A stretch of DNA of 37,254 bases, taken from the NCBI GenBank assembly GCA_021442645.1, contig JABUSR010000014.1, positions 1 through 37,254 on the forward strand, given 5' to 3'. The notes below the pieces were generated by a model. It saw only the letters and a list, made by a program, of their open reading frames with translations, was not told where the DNA came from and did not search any database. The stretch is from Ruminiclostridium sp. Its GTDB lineage: Bacteria; Bacillota; Clostridia; Oscillospirales; Oscillospiraceae. Made by a program: the position numbers and the translations under genes. Below, piece by piece: positions 29,141 to 37,254 of the stretch. Each line of letters begins with the position of its first letter. Within the stretch, counting starts at the first letter, position 1.

Positions 29141-29644
29141 ATGTATGACGAACTTACCCAGTCGGACATCGACAAAATGAAGGAGGAGCTGGAGCACCGC
29201 CGCCTGGTCCTCCGGCCCCAGCTCATCGAAGAGGTCAAGATAGCCCGTTCCTTCGGCGACCTCAGCGAAAACTTTGAGTACAAGGCCGCCAAACGGGAGA
29301 AAAACCGCAATGACAGCCGCATCCGCTACCTGGAAAACATGATTAAAACCGCCCGGCTCGTCGATGTAGCCCCCACTGGCGCAGGCATTGGCCTCTTTGA
29401 CCGGGTGACCCTCTGGATGGAGGAGGACGAGGAGGACGAGGTCATCCAGCTGGTGACAACCCTCCGGCAGGACGCCCTGAAGGGCCTCATCAGCAAGGAG
29501 TCCCCTGTGGGAAAAGCCCTGTGGGGCCGCAGCGTGGGTGACCGGGTCCTCATCGAGGTCAACGAGGACTACCGCTACTATGCGGAGATTCGTGCCGTTG
29601 AACACACCGGCGAAGACCCCGACGTTCCCATCAGCAGTTTCTGA
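29141..29644 (+). CDS. greA: GreA/GreB family transcription elongation factor
   Basis: ARSFGDLSENFEY and ISKESPVGKAL motifs. Confidence 0.9.
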   Translation: MYDELTQSDIDKMKEELEHRRLVLRPQLIEEVKIARSFGDLSENFEYKAAKREKNRNDSRIRYLENMIKTARLVDVAPTGAGIGLFDRVTLWMEEDEEDEVIQLVTTLRQDALKGLISKESPVGKALWGRSVGDRVLIEVNEDYRYYAEIRAVEHTGEDPDVPISSF

Positions 29645-29656
29645 ACGGAATAAGGC

Positions 29657-29697
29657 AGGACAGCCCGCCCGGAAATAACCCAGGTGGGCTGTCTTTT
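29657..29697 (+). terminator. Intrinsic terminator after greA
   Basis: GACAGCCCGCC/GGTGGGCTGTC stem plus T-run. Confidence 0.75.
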
Positions 29698-29900
29698 CCC
29701 CTGCCTGCAGCTTTTCGTGCAGACAAAAGGGACTTTTCGGCCCTTTCCCCGGGTTCTTTTGCAGGATTTGCCCCGTTCCGGTGAATTTCCTTTCTTCTGC
29801 AAGTTGTTCTGGCAAATCTCTTAAAATCTCCCCGTTTCATCCGGGAGATTCGGCAGATTCCCCATTGATTTCTGCAAGTTTTCTGGTGTATCATTTCATT

Positions 29901-30085
29901 AAAGTCAAGTACGGAAGCACTTCCATTCCGGTGCCCCAGCCTTCCCAGGGGCAGCTTGACCCCTTCTTTATCCTATCCGTTTCTTCCTTTACCCTTCCGT
30001 TTCATTGTAACGGCTCCGGTCTTCTCCACCCGGAGCCGGGCCGGCGCCCCGGGCTTCTCCTGCCCGGGGCGCCGGCCTTTGTTTT
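29901..30085 (+). ncRNA. Candidate small RNA with repeated CUUCC/CUUCUCC loops
   Basis: Own promoter TTGATT-18-TATCAT (29865-29894), four hairpins with UCC-containing loops, 16-bp terminator stem plus U-run, no credible ORF. Confidence 0.6.
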
Positions 30086-30134
30086 CAAAGCAAAGGGCCC
30101 CACCCCGGTACATTGCGCGGGAGAAGGGGCCCTG
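30086..30134 (-). terminator. Terminator of the ABC/two-component operon
   Basis: AGGGCCCC...GGGGCCCT stem followed by TTGCTTT on the minus strand, just after the regulator stop. Confidence 0.6.
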
Positions 30135-30141
30135 TTTTTCC

Positions 30142-30834
30142 TCAGCCACGGAACCGATAGCCCACGCCCCATACGGTCTCGATGTACTGGATATGCTCTG
30201 GGTCGAGCTCAATCTTGTCCCGGATGTGCTTAATGTGGACGGTCACCGTGGAGACATCGCCGTAGGCATCCATGCCCCACACACTGTCGAAGAGGCGGTC
30301 CTTGGAGAAGACGGTGTCGGGGTGCTCAGCCAGGAATAGGAGAAGGTCGTACTCCTTCCCTGTCATGGTCTTTTCCCGGTCGTTGACCCAGACCCGACGG
30401 GCCTCCCGGTCAATCTTCAGGCCACGGATCTTCAGCACCTCCGGTCGGGGGGGCTCCCGGCTGCCCACCAGCCGCTGATACCGCTGGATGTGGCCCTTTA
30501 CCCGGGCCACCAGCTCGCTGGGGCTGAAGGGTTTCGTCATGTAATCGTCGGCCCCCAGGCCCAGACCCCGGACCTTGTCGATGTCGTCAGCAAGGGCAGA
30601 GATGATGATGACGGGGATGTCTTTCACCTCCCGCAGGCGGCGGCAGATCTCGAAGCCGCTGAGTCCGGGGAGCATCACGTCCACGATGACCAGGGCGAAG
30701 TCCTCCTCCAGGGCCAAACGGAGGCCTTCGATCCCCTCCTCGGCCAGGGTACAGGTGAAGCCGCCGCTGAGCTCCAGGTAGTCCCGCTCCAGCTCGGCTA
30801 CGCTCCGGTCGTCTTCGATGATCAGAATGTTCAT
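30142..30834 (-). CDS. OmpR-family response regulator
   Basis: IIEDD, DVMLP, DDYMTKPF, TVTVHIKHIRDK, TVWGVGYRF; ATGA overlap with the kinase. Confidence 0.95.
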   Translation of the reverse strand: MNILIIEDDRSVAELERDYLELSGGFTCTLAEEGIEGLRLALEEDFALVIVDVMLPGLSGFEICRRLREVKDIPVIIISALADDIDKVRGLGLGADDYMTKPFSPSELVARVKGHIQRYQRLVGSREPPRPEVLKIRGLKIDREARRVWVNDREKTMTGKEYDLLLFLAEHPDTVFSKDRLFDSVWGMDAYGDVSTVTVHIKHIRDKIELDPEHIQYIETVWGVGYRFRG

Positions 30835-31982
30835 AAGATATCCTCCTCTCGCTGCAGGGGGAGATAGAGGTAGGCCTGGGTGCCCTCCCCCTTCCGGCTG
30901 GTGAGCCAAATCTTGCCGTGGTGGCTCTCGGCGATACTCCGGCAGATGGCCAGCCCCAGGCCGCTGCCGGGGACAGCAGAGGACCGGGCGGCGTCCTCCC
31001 GGAAGAAACTGTCAAACACATGGCTCAGGGCCTCGCTGCCGATGCCCTTGCCGTTATCAGAGAGCTGGATTACCAAGCCGCCCTCATAGCCCTCCGCCGT
31101 CATACAGATGGCTCCATTTGCCCTGCTGTACTTGATGGCGTTGGACATAAGGTTGTCCATCACCCGCTTGAGCTTGCTTCGGTCAGCAGTCACCAGGTAC
31201 CGCCCCCGGGGTAGGCTACAGGTGAAGGTCATGCCGGCTTCTTCGGCCTCCAGCCGGTACTCCTCCCCAAGGTCAGTGAGGAAGGCCAGCATATCCACAT
31301 ATTCAAAGTGATACTGCATCCGGCCCAGCTCATACTCAGAGAAATCACTCATGTTCCGGACCAGTTTCTCCAGCACCAGGGTCTTGCTGTAGACGATGTC
31401 CAGGTAGTGGGCCTGTTTCTCGGGAGTCCCAGCCACACCGTCCCGGATTCCCTCCACATAGCCCTTGATGGCGGTGATGGGGGTGCGCATATCGTGGGAG
31501 AGATTGGCCATAAGAAGGCCCCGCTCCTCCTGGGCTTTGGCCTCGGCATTTGCAGCAGTCTTCAGCCGCTGGCGGACGCTCTCCAGGGACTTGCCCAGCT
31601 CGTCCAGTTCCCGCTCCCTGCAGGAGAGGACCTCAAAGTCCAGCTCCCCGGCCTGGAGGCGGTCGGCATCCTGACGGAGGGTCCTGAGGGTGACACCGAT
31701 CTGCCCGGTGAGCCGGGACGTGAGGACGATGCACACCACCGCCACACACAGGCACAGGAGGACGGCCCCCAGGACGATATATGGAAGGATCTGGCTGATG
31801 CCCTCCGACCGGCCCCGGAGGAGGTCCAGCACGGCGAAGACGATGTTATCCTCCCCGGGTACCTGGGAGATAAAAACGGCAAGCATCCCCATCACCAGGA
31901 CCAGGGCGATGAGGATGGAGAGCAGGATCATGAGCAGGCAGGTCTTCAGAAACCGGCCGCGGAGGGTGGTTTTCTGTGCCAC
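30831..31982 (-). CDS. Intramembrane-sensing-type HAMP histidine kinase
   Basis: Two TM helices with a short loop; SHDMRTP, NAIKY, DNGKGI, GSGLGL; GTG start. Confidence 0.92.
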   Translation of the reverse strand: MAQKTTLRGRFLKTCLLMILLSILIALVLVMGMLAVFISQVPGEDNIVFAVLDLLRGRSEGISQILPYIVLGAVLLCLCVAVVCIVLTSRLTGQIGVTLRTLRQDADRLQAGELDFEVLSCRERELDELGKSLESVRQRLKTAANAEAKAQEERGLLMANLSHDMRTPITAIKGYVEGIRDGVAGTPEKQAHYLDIVYSKTLVLEKLVRNMSDFSEYELGRMQYHFEYVDMLAFLTDLGEEYRLEAEEAGMTFTCSLPRGRYLVTADRSKLKRVMDNLMSNAIKYSRANGAICMTAEGYEGGLVIQLSDNGKGIGSEALSHVFDSFFREDAARSSAVPGSGLGLAICRSIAESHHGKIWLTSRKGEGTQAYLYLPLQREEDIL

Positions 31983-32040
31983 AGGGGAACCCCCTTTCCA
32001 AGATAGCGGGGCGGTAATCCGCCCCGCCTGGGATGACCGG

Positions 32041-32793
32041 TCAGGCTTCCTTCCGGTCGAAGAGCAGGTAGCCTCCGCAGGCAAAAATCAGGCTATAGCC
32101 CACCAGCAGACCCACCCGGGCGAGCATGGCCATAAAGGGCAGAGGCACGCCCAGCCACAGGTTGTGCCAGCGCAGGTACCCGGTAAAGAGCAGGCCCCCC
32201 AGGGTGGGCAGATAAGTCCCCACCGCCGCCAGCACCACATAGAGGAGGATGCTCAGGAGGACAACCAGCCCAGGCCCCTTCACCACCTGGTTTACCAGGC
32301 AGAAGAAGAGGATCAGGGTCAGCAAGGGGATGAGGTCCAGCAGGCAGGCCAGAACGATGGCCCCGATGCCCCGGGTACCGCCGCCCAGAGCCACCTGGGT
32401 GATAGCGGAGACCAGCGTGAGCACCGCCAGGTCGAAGGCACACAGGACGAAAGCCGCCGCCGCCTTGGACAAAAAGAGCTTCCCCTTCCCCACCGGCCGC
32501 ACGAGGGCAAACCGGATGGTCCGGTCAGCCTGCTCCCCCACAAAAAGGTCGCAGACGGCTAGGATGGCCACCAGCGGCAGAAAGAGCACAAGGATAAAGG
32601 AGAGGTTGGAGGCAGTAAGTCCCCCCAGGGCGGCCGGGGCGGAGATGGCCCCGTGGGAAATGTAGTTGGCCACCACCAGCCGCAGGGCACTGGCCACACA
32701 GACCAGACAGCCCAAAATGAGAAAGATCAGGTATTTTTTCCGCTTTCGGAGCTTAAAGATCTCATTTTTCAGGTTGGCCAGAAACTGAGTCAT
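32041..32793 (-). CDS. ABC-2 type permease (LanE/G- or BcrB-like)
   Basis: NEIFKL start, GEQADRTI...LVRPVGKGKLFLSK, about 6 TM helices. Confidence 0.85.
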   Translation of the reverse strand: MTQFLANLKNEIFKLRKRKKYLIFLILGCLVCVASALRLVVANYISHGAISAPAALGGLTASNLSFILVLFLPLVAILAVCDLFVGEQADRTIRFALVRPVGKGKLFLSKAAAAFVLCAFDLAVLTLVSAITQVALGGGTRGIGAIVLACLLDLIPLLTLILFFCLVNQVVKGPGLVVLLSILLYVVLAAVGTYLPTLGGLLFTGYLRWHNLWLGVPLPFMAMLARVGLLVGYSLIFACGGYLLFDRKEA

Positions 32794-32805
32794 GGGTATT
32801 CCTCC

Positions 32806-33540
32806 TTACAGCACCACAGAGCCTTTTTTATCCCGGACCTTGGCCAGGAAGTAGTCCTCCAGGGAGGGATGCAGCCGGAGTGCCTCCTCCCTGGTATCAA
32901 AGGCAAGCATCTCCCCCTCGTGGAGAACCAGGACCTTGCTGCACATCTTTTCAATCTCCCCGGCCAGGTGGCTGGCCACCAGGAAGGTGACGCCCTTTTC
33001 TCTGGCCAGGCGAATGATGATTTCTCGGATCTCCACGGTGGCCTCAATATCCAGGCCATTTGTGGGCTCGTCCAGAATGACCAGCTCCGGCTCGGACAGG
33101 AGGGCCAGAGCAAGGCCCATCCGCTGTTTCATACCCAGGGAGAACTTGCCGCATTTTTCCTTTCGGTAGGGCGTCAGGCCCACCAACCCCAGGATCTTTT
33201 CCATGCGGGCCGCATCCACATTAGGGTAGTACCGGGCGGCCAGGCGCAGGTTATCCCAGGCAGTGAGATTTTCAAAGAGGGCGGGCTGCTCGATGAGGGC
33301 ACCCACCTTCGCCAGGGCGGCCTCCCGGTCCTGGACCACGTTGGAACCAAAGACGGTGACGGTCCCCTCGGTGGGCTGGCTCAGGCCGCAGACAGCCTTC
33401 ATGATGGTGGTCTTGCCGGAACCGTTGGGACCCAGCAGACCCACCACTTCCCCTCGCTCCACAGAGAAGTCGATGTTTCGGGCGCCCCGCCCGTTGCTGT
33501 ATACTTTGGACACATGGTCCAGCTGAAGTACGATATCCAA
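32806..33540 (-). CDS. ABC transporter ATPase (LanF/BcrA-like)
   Basis: GPNGSGKTT, FSLGMKQR, LDEPTNGLD; TTG start with RBS AAGGAG. Confidence 0.92.
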   Translation of the reverse strand: MDIVLQLDHVSKVYSNGRGARNIDFSVERGEVVGLLGPNGSGKTTIMKAVCGLSQPTEGTVTVFGSNVVQDREAALAKVGALIEQPALFENLTAWDNLRLAARYYPNVDAARMEKILGLVGLTPYRKEKCGKFSLGMKQRMGLALALLSEPELVILDEPTNGLDIEATVEIREIIIRLAREKGVTFLVASHLAGEIEKMCSKVLVLHEGEMLAFDTREEALRLHPSLEDYFLAKVRDKKGSVVL

Positions 33541-33615
33541 AGCGTGCTCCTTTCCAGACAGGTGTATCGGAGAGGTTGGGCGACAGACCCCTAGGCTCTG
33601 CCCCTATTTTTCTCT

Positions 33616-33670
33616 ATTATAGCGGATGATCCTGAAAAAAGGATAGATATTCTCTTAAGTTTTTATTAAA
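33616..33670 (-). promoter_or_regulatory. Promoter (-10 TATAAT) with putative response-regulator operator TTTAATAAAAACTTAAGA
   Basis: 17/18 identical to the site at 36463-36480, at the same distance from a -10 hexamer. Confidence 0.6.
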
Positions 33671-33691
33671 TCAGCGGGGAAACCCGGGGGC

Positions 33692-33843
33692 AAAAAAGCC
33701 GCCCCGCGGGGAGACCCGGGGACGGCAGGTGGGCACTGAGAAAAAAGAGAAAGGAAAGAGAAAAGAGAGAGAAAGAAAAGAGTGTTTATAAGGAGTAACG
33801 TTGGGGCCGGCCGCCCGTGCCCATGGGCCTGCCGTCTCTGTTT
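33692..33843 (-). ncRNA. Candidate CU-rich small RNA or attenuator leader
   Basis: Promoter TTGTTC-17-TATACA (33849-33877), pure pyrimidine tract of about 45 nt, GC terminator plus U6. Confidence 0.55.
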
Positions 33844-33904
33844 ATCTGTGTATAGCATACCCGGAAACCGTGAACAAATCATGGGAAATTTCTGAATAAT
33901 CTGT

Positions 33905-34031
33905 TAAGGATCCTCTCAAGCCGGGTATTTTTCTGTCCCGTCAGGAAATATCCCCCGAATCCTTCTGGCGGTCGCCCACATCCGGGAGTCGGACCACCGT
34001 AGTGCCGTAGTCACTGACGTAGGCGGTGAGG
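33905..34031. repeat. 127-bp direct repeat, copy 1 (duplicate of the 3' end of gene 35207-36361)
   Basis: Matches 35171-35297 with 8 substitutions by manual comparison. Confidence 0.92.
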
Positions 34032-34049
34032 AAACAGGGGATAAGCCGA

Positions 34050-34997
34050 TTAGCCAGCCTTTTGATCCTCCCCGTTTAGCGCGGCCTCCAGGGCGTAATA
34101 GTTCCCGTTGGGGACATCCAGGGCACTTGCTGCGGCGTAGGCTTCTTCAAACGTGACAAAGTGTTTTCCATAAACGGACAAGTTTTCCTGTAGTGCGGCG
34201 GCGGATTGACGGACAGCGGGATCTTCTGACCGGGAGAATTCTTGGAGGATAGTTTCCGCTTCCCTGTCTGTAATAGTAAGCAGTTTTCCATTTTCCCCTT
34301 TCATGGTGGCCGTTTTATCGACGTCATATTTTTTAAGAACATAATCCCGGATGGCCTTATCGTAGCCGCTTGCCATGGGCGTGTATTCTTCTGTTCCCAA
34401 GATTTTCCACGTGTTTCCTTCTTTTACCATGCGGACAATCACATGAACCTTTCCTATGGATGGTGTCACAAGGAAGTAGGTGCCTTTTGATTCAGGTTCG
34501 TTTTCCGACCAAGAAGAGATTGCCGTATTCCATTTAATCACATTTGCGTCAACAATGGCTTGATTCCCGTTGTCTTCCGACTTGATACTGTGAATGTCAC
34601 AGCGATACACTCCCCCATTAATCACATTGTAGATATCAACAGGATTACGAAATCCACATCTCAGATACTCTTCATTCATGCTTTGATACGCAGAATTCTG
34701 CGTGGAATCCTTAGAGTAGTATAGGTTTACCCTATCGTTATAGTCCTCCACCAACGCATCAAGTTCCTCCTCAGACAGGTTCGCGGTGGTTCCATCCTCC
34801 GAAGCAAACGAGCCAAGCAGACTCATGGTTGTGTAAGCGCCTGTAATCGTGTCTTTGATCTCAGCCTGCTCCGCTGCCATTTCCTCATTGGGGTCATTAT
34901 GATACGCAGCAGACATAACAAATGAAAAAGCGATAATACACACAATTAAAACAACCATCCTGAGTGCTGTTTTTTTATTACCGATTATTGTTCTCAT
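34050..34997 (-). CDS. Hypothetical exported protein (AT-richer cassette)
   Basis: RBS AGGAGG; N-terminal signal/TM segment; lies between the direct repeats. Confidence 0.8.
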   Translation of the reverse strand: MRTIIGNKKTALRMVVLIVCIIAFSFVMSAAYHNDPNEEMAAEQAEIKDTITGAYTTMSLLGSFASEDGTTANLSEEELDALVEDYNDRVNLYYSKDSTQNSAYQSMNEEYLRCGFRNPVDIYNVINGGVYRCDIHSIKSEDNGNQAIVDANVIKWNTAISSWSENEPESKGTYFLVTPSIGKVHVIVRMVKEGNTWKILGTEEYTPMASGYDKAIRDYVLKKYDVDKTATMKGENGKLLTITDREAETILQEFSRSEDPAVRQSAAALQENLSVYGKHFVTFEEAYAAASALDVPNGNYYALEAALNGEDQKAG

Positions 34998-35170
34998 TAC
35001 ATCCTCCTGTCCTTTCGGAATGGTTTACGTCTGTCAGTTGGTCATAACTTAAGATAAAGACCTCGGAAGAAGAAACGCATGAACTCGGGTTGTTAAAACT
35101 TCATTCGTCTGATTCGGCTGGTTCGGCTGGTTCAACTGCCTTAAATCAGGTCTCCAAAAAACCTGTCTCC

Positions 35171-35297
35171 TAAGGCTCCTCTCGAGCCGGGTATTTTTCT
35201 GCCCCGTCAGGAAATATCCCCCGAATCCTTCTGGCGGTCACCCACATCCGGGAGCCGGACCACCGTAGTGCCGTAGCCACTGACGTCGGCGGTAAGG
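35171..35297. repeat. 127-bp direct repeat, copy 2
   Basis: Covers the last ~30 codons and 3' flank of gene 35207-36361. Confidence 0.92.
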
Positions 35298-36361
35298 GTA
35301 GCCTTCACCGTGTGGCGGTCGCCTGCGGCGTCCTTGGTAAGGAAGATGGCGGTGAAGGTCCCGTCCGCCACCCTGCCCTTGCTGTCCAGGGCGAAGGTGC
35401 AGTCCACTTCCTCCAGGGTCACTTCCTGAGCCACAAGGTACTCCAGGGTCTCGTTGCTCCCATCGGCATGGGCCATCAGGTACTCTCCCCTGTTGGCATA
35501 GTATTCGTAGGAGCCGTCAAGTTTCACATACAGGACGCCCTGGCCGTTCTTCTCGTTAAAGAGGATATCATCGTACTTCTGCCACAGCTCGGCCTGATAT
35601 CCCCAGATGGCGTCGATCTCCGCCTGATTGGCCTCATAGATGGTCTCCGCCTTGTTCTCCTCCATAGGGCCGGAGATGTAGGCCATGGTCTCCTGAGAGG
35701 CCTGCTTGCCGGTAGCCTTCTCGTAGGCGGCAACAGCAGCCTTGTCCAGATCCTCAAAGATGACCTGCCCCCCGGTGTTTTCTACAGCGGTGGAGGCGAG
35801 CAGAGACAGACCGGCGTTTACCAGGGCGGGCACCTGGCTGCCGGAGACCGTGGCCTGGTACAGGTCCTTGCCGTCCTGGCTGCCCACCTTCACCACATTG
35901 TTCTTCAGGTCACCCACCACGGTGTCGACGGCAACGGAGAAGAAATTCACCAGCCGGACCGCCGTGGGGTCGTTCTGATCGATGCCCAGCAGGTTTCTGT
36001 CGCTCCGGTCATTCCTCGTCTGGAAGTAGACCGTGTCGTCGCTGCTGAAGTAGGTCTCCACCCCGTTGAGGATGGTCTCGTAATATACATACTCCCCGTC
36101 GTCATCCAGGGTGGTGGTGCAGGTGGATCGGTTGGTCCCGTCCTGGGTGTAGTCCACCTTCATCTCTGTCAGAGCTATATCATCCACCGTCACAGACATG
36201 CTGCCCTTGGCGGTGAAGTTCTCCTCCTGGGTGGCCAGGGTGATGACGGCGCTTTTGAAGGCCCCGTAGCCGTTGGCACTGCCGAAGGCTGCCACGGCGG
36301 AGATGGACAGAAGGACCAGCCCGGCCACCAGGCAGAAGACAATGCGGTTTTTCTTTTTCAT
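35207..36361 (-). CDS. Hypothetical secreted protein
   Basis: RBS AAGGAGG; signal peptide MKKKNRIVFCLVAGLVLLSISAVA; host-like codon usage. Confidence 0.82.
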   Translation of the reverse strand: MKKKNRIVFCLVAGLVLLSISAVAAFGSANGYGAFKSAVITLATQEENFTAKGSMSVTVDDIALTEMKVDYTQDGTNRSTCTTTLDDDGEYVYYETILNGVETYFSSDDTVYFQTRNDRSDRNLLGIDQNDPTAVRLVNFFSVAVDTVVGDLKNNVVKVGSQDGKDLYQATVSGSQVPALVNAGLSLLASTAVENTGGQVIFEDLDKAAVAAYEKATGKQASQETMAYISGPMEENKAETIYEANQAEIDAIWGYQAELWQKYDDILFNEKNGQGVLYVKLDGSYEYYANRGEYLMAHADGSNETLEYLVAQEVTLEEVDCTFALDSKGRVADGTFTAIFLTKDAAGDRHTVKATLTADVSGYGTTVVRLPDVGDRQKDSGDIS

Positions 36362-36425
36362 ATGAATTCCTCCTTTGGAAGGGTTTGTCCCTGCTGCTGC
36401 AGGGGGCGATTCTCTTTACACCCCT

Positions 36426-36480
36426 ATTGTAGGCCCTGTTTCAAAAGAAAAAATAGAAAAATTCTTAAGCTTTTATTAAA
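36426..36480 (-). promoter_or_regulatory. Promoter (-10 TACAAT) with putative operator TTTAATAAAAGCTTAAGA
   Basis: Same motif and spacing as upstream of the ABC ATPase. Confidence 0.6.
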
Positions 36481-36482
36481 AC

Positions 36483-36509
36483 AAAAGCCGAGCGGGTCCA
36501 CCGCTCGGC
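36483..36509 (-). terminator. Terminator after the DegV gene
   Basis: GCCGAGCGG/CCGCTCGGC stem plus T-run. Confidence 0.75.
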
Positions 36510-36531
36510 CTGTATGCCTGTTTTATCGGCC

Positions 36532-37254
36532 TCACCAGGTTTTGGCGCAGGCCACGCCCAGGGCCCCCTCGCCCGTGTGGCAGCAGATGCTAAGAGGCAG
36601 GGAGATGAGTTCCACCTCGTACTCGGGGAAGTCTCTCTGGACCTCCTCCCGCCAGGCCTCGCCCAGGGCGGCGTCCCCGCCGGAGTACCCGGCAAAGACC
36701 TTCATGTCCAGATCCCGGAAGCGGGTGTCCAAATCCTTCCGCAGGGCATCCATGAGGACGGACCGGGCAGCATTCATACCCCGGACCTTTTTGTAGGCAT
36801 CCAACTGCCCCCCCTGAATCTGAAGAACCGGCTTGATGCTCAGGATGGTGGCCATAGCGGCCCCGGCTGCGGTGACCCGCCCCCCCTTTTTCAGGTACTC
36901 CAGGGTGTTCACCGCGATATAGATGCTGGAGAGGAACTTCTCCTCCTCCAGGATATCTCGGACCTCCTCGGCAGTCTTCCCCTGGGCCAGCAGGGTCCGG
37001 GCGTTGCACACCGACTGCATGAGGGTAACGGAGATTCGCTGGTCGTCCACCACCAGCACCCGGCCATCATAATCCTGGGCCAGAGCCCGGGCGGTCGCGC
37101 AGGAGCCGCTGAGGCGGGAGCTCATGGGGAAGTAGAGGATACGGTCGTGAGTCTCCATCAGGGTATCCCACAGGGCGGTGAGGACCGCCGGGGAGGGCTG
37201 AGAGGTGGTCAGATCCACACCCTCTCGCATTTTTTCAAAGAAGAGAGGGTGCGA
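36532..37254 (-). CDS. DegV family fatty-acid-binding protein (5' end outside the window)
   Basis: TTSQPS, SSRLSGS, YLKKGGR, LSIKPVL, CHTGEGALG; frame open to the window edge. Confidence 0.92.
   Translation of the reverse strand, partial: SHPLFFEKMREGVDLTTSQPSPAVLTALWDTLMETHDRILYFPMSSRLSGSCATARALAQDYDGRVLVVDDQRISVTLMQSVCNARTLLAQGKTAEEVRDILEEEKFLSSIYIAVNTLEYLKKGGRVTAAGAAMATILSIKPVLQIQGGQLDAYKKVRGMNAARSVLMDALRKDLDTRFRDLDMKVFAGYSGGDAALGEAWREEVQRDFPEYEVELISLPLSICCHTGEGALGVACAKTW

Noticed and set aside
29901-30085. CsrB-like GGA-loop RNA on the minus strand
   Set aside because: The complement does show GGA loops, but the promoter and U-tailed terminator point to the plus strand, and a minus-strand terminator blocks read-in.
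33655-33882. 75-aa ORF with an F/L/S-rich stretch
   Set aside because: It is a translation of the low-complexity pyrimidine tract, overlaps a promoter and terminator, and has no clear RBS.
33905-35297. Diversity-generating retroelement (TR/VR pair at a gene 3' end)
   Set aside because: The 8 mismatches are not confined to adenines of one copy on either strand, and there is no reverse transcriptase in the window.
524-36796. Long antisense ORFs (e.g. 524-2377, 3966-5489, 9352-10836, 11916-13532, 17351-18679, 35312-36796)
   Set aside because: Shadow frames opposite well-supported genes, typical of GC-rich codon bias; no motifs recognised.
1-37254. CRISPR array or cas genes
   Set aside because: No regularly spaced repeat-spacer array or Cas-like ORF seen.

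Overview
GC-rich Firmicutes chromosome segment, most likely a gut Clostridia/Oscillospiraceae organism (inferred from gene content, T-box, SigA promoters and SLH protein). The left 23 kb is mostly housekeeping: a HydC-HydB (NuoE-NuoF) fusion with an NsoC/GltD-like partner, nrdD with NrdR boxes, an SsuABC-type importer, an MBOAT/SGNH-like pair, T-box-controlled cysE-cysS-DUF5714, a DUF1385-prmC-recA-recX-rimO-pgsA cluster with an SOS box, a two-component system and tRNA-Leu(CAA). Next to the tRNA is an accessory operon: WYL regulator, Sel1-repeat protein, J-domain-like (HPD) protein and stand-alone HIRAN protein, with an internal PafBC-like promoter. This is the best candidate for an undescribed DNA-damage or anti-phage system. 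Further right are an AT-rich islet, an SLH-anchored lysozyme-like protein, greA, and an ABC exporter/two-component operon. That operon is flanked by two unannotated CU-rich structured RNA candidates and shares an operator with a secreted-protein gene. A second AT-rich gene cassette is bracketed by a 127-bp direct repeat. All calls come from reading the sequence; no searches were run.
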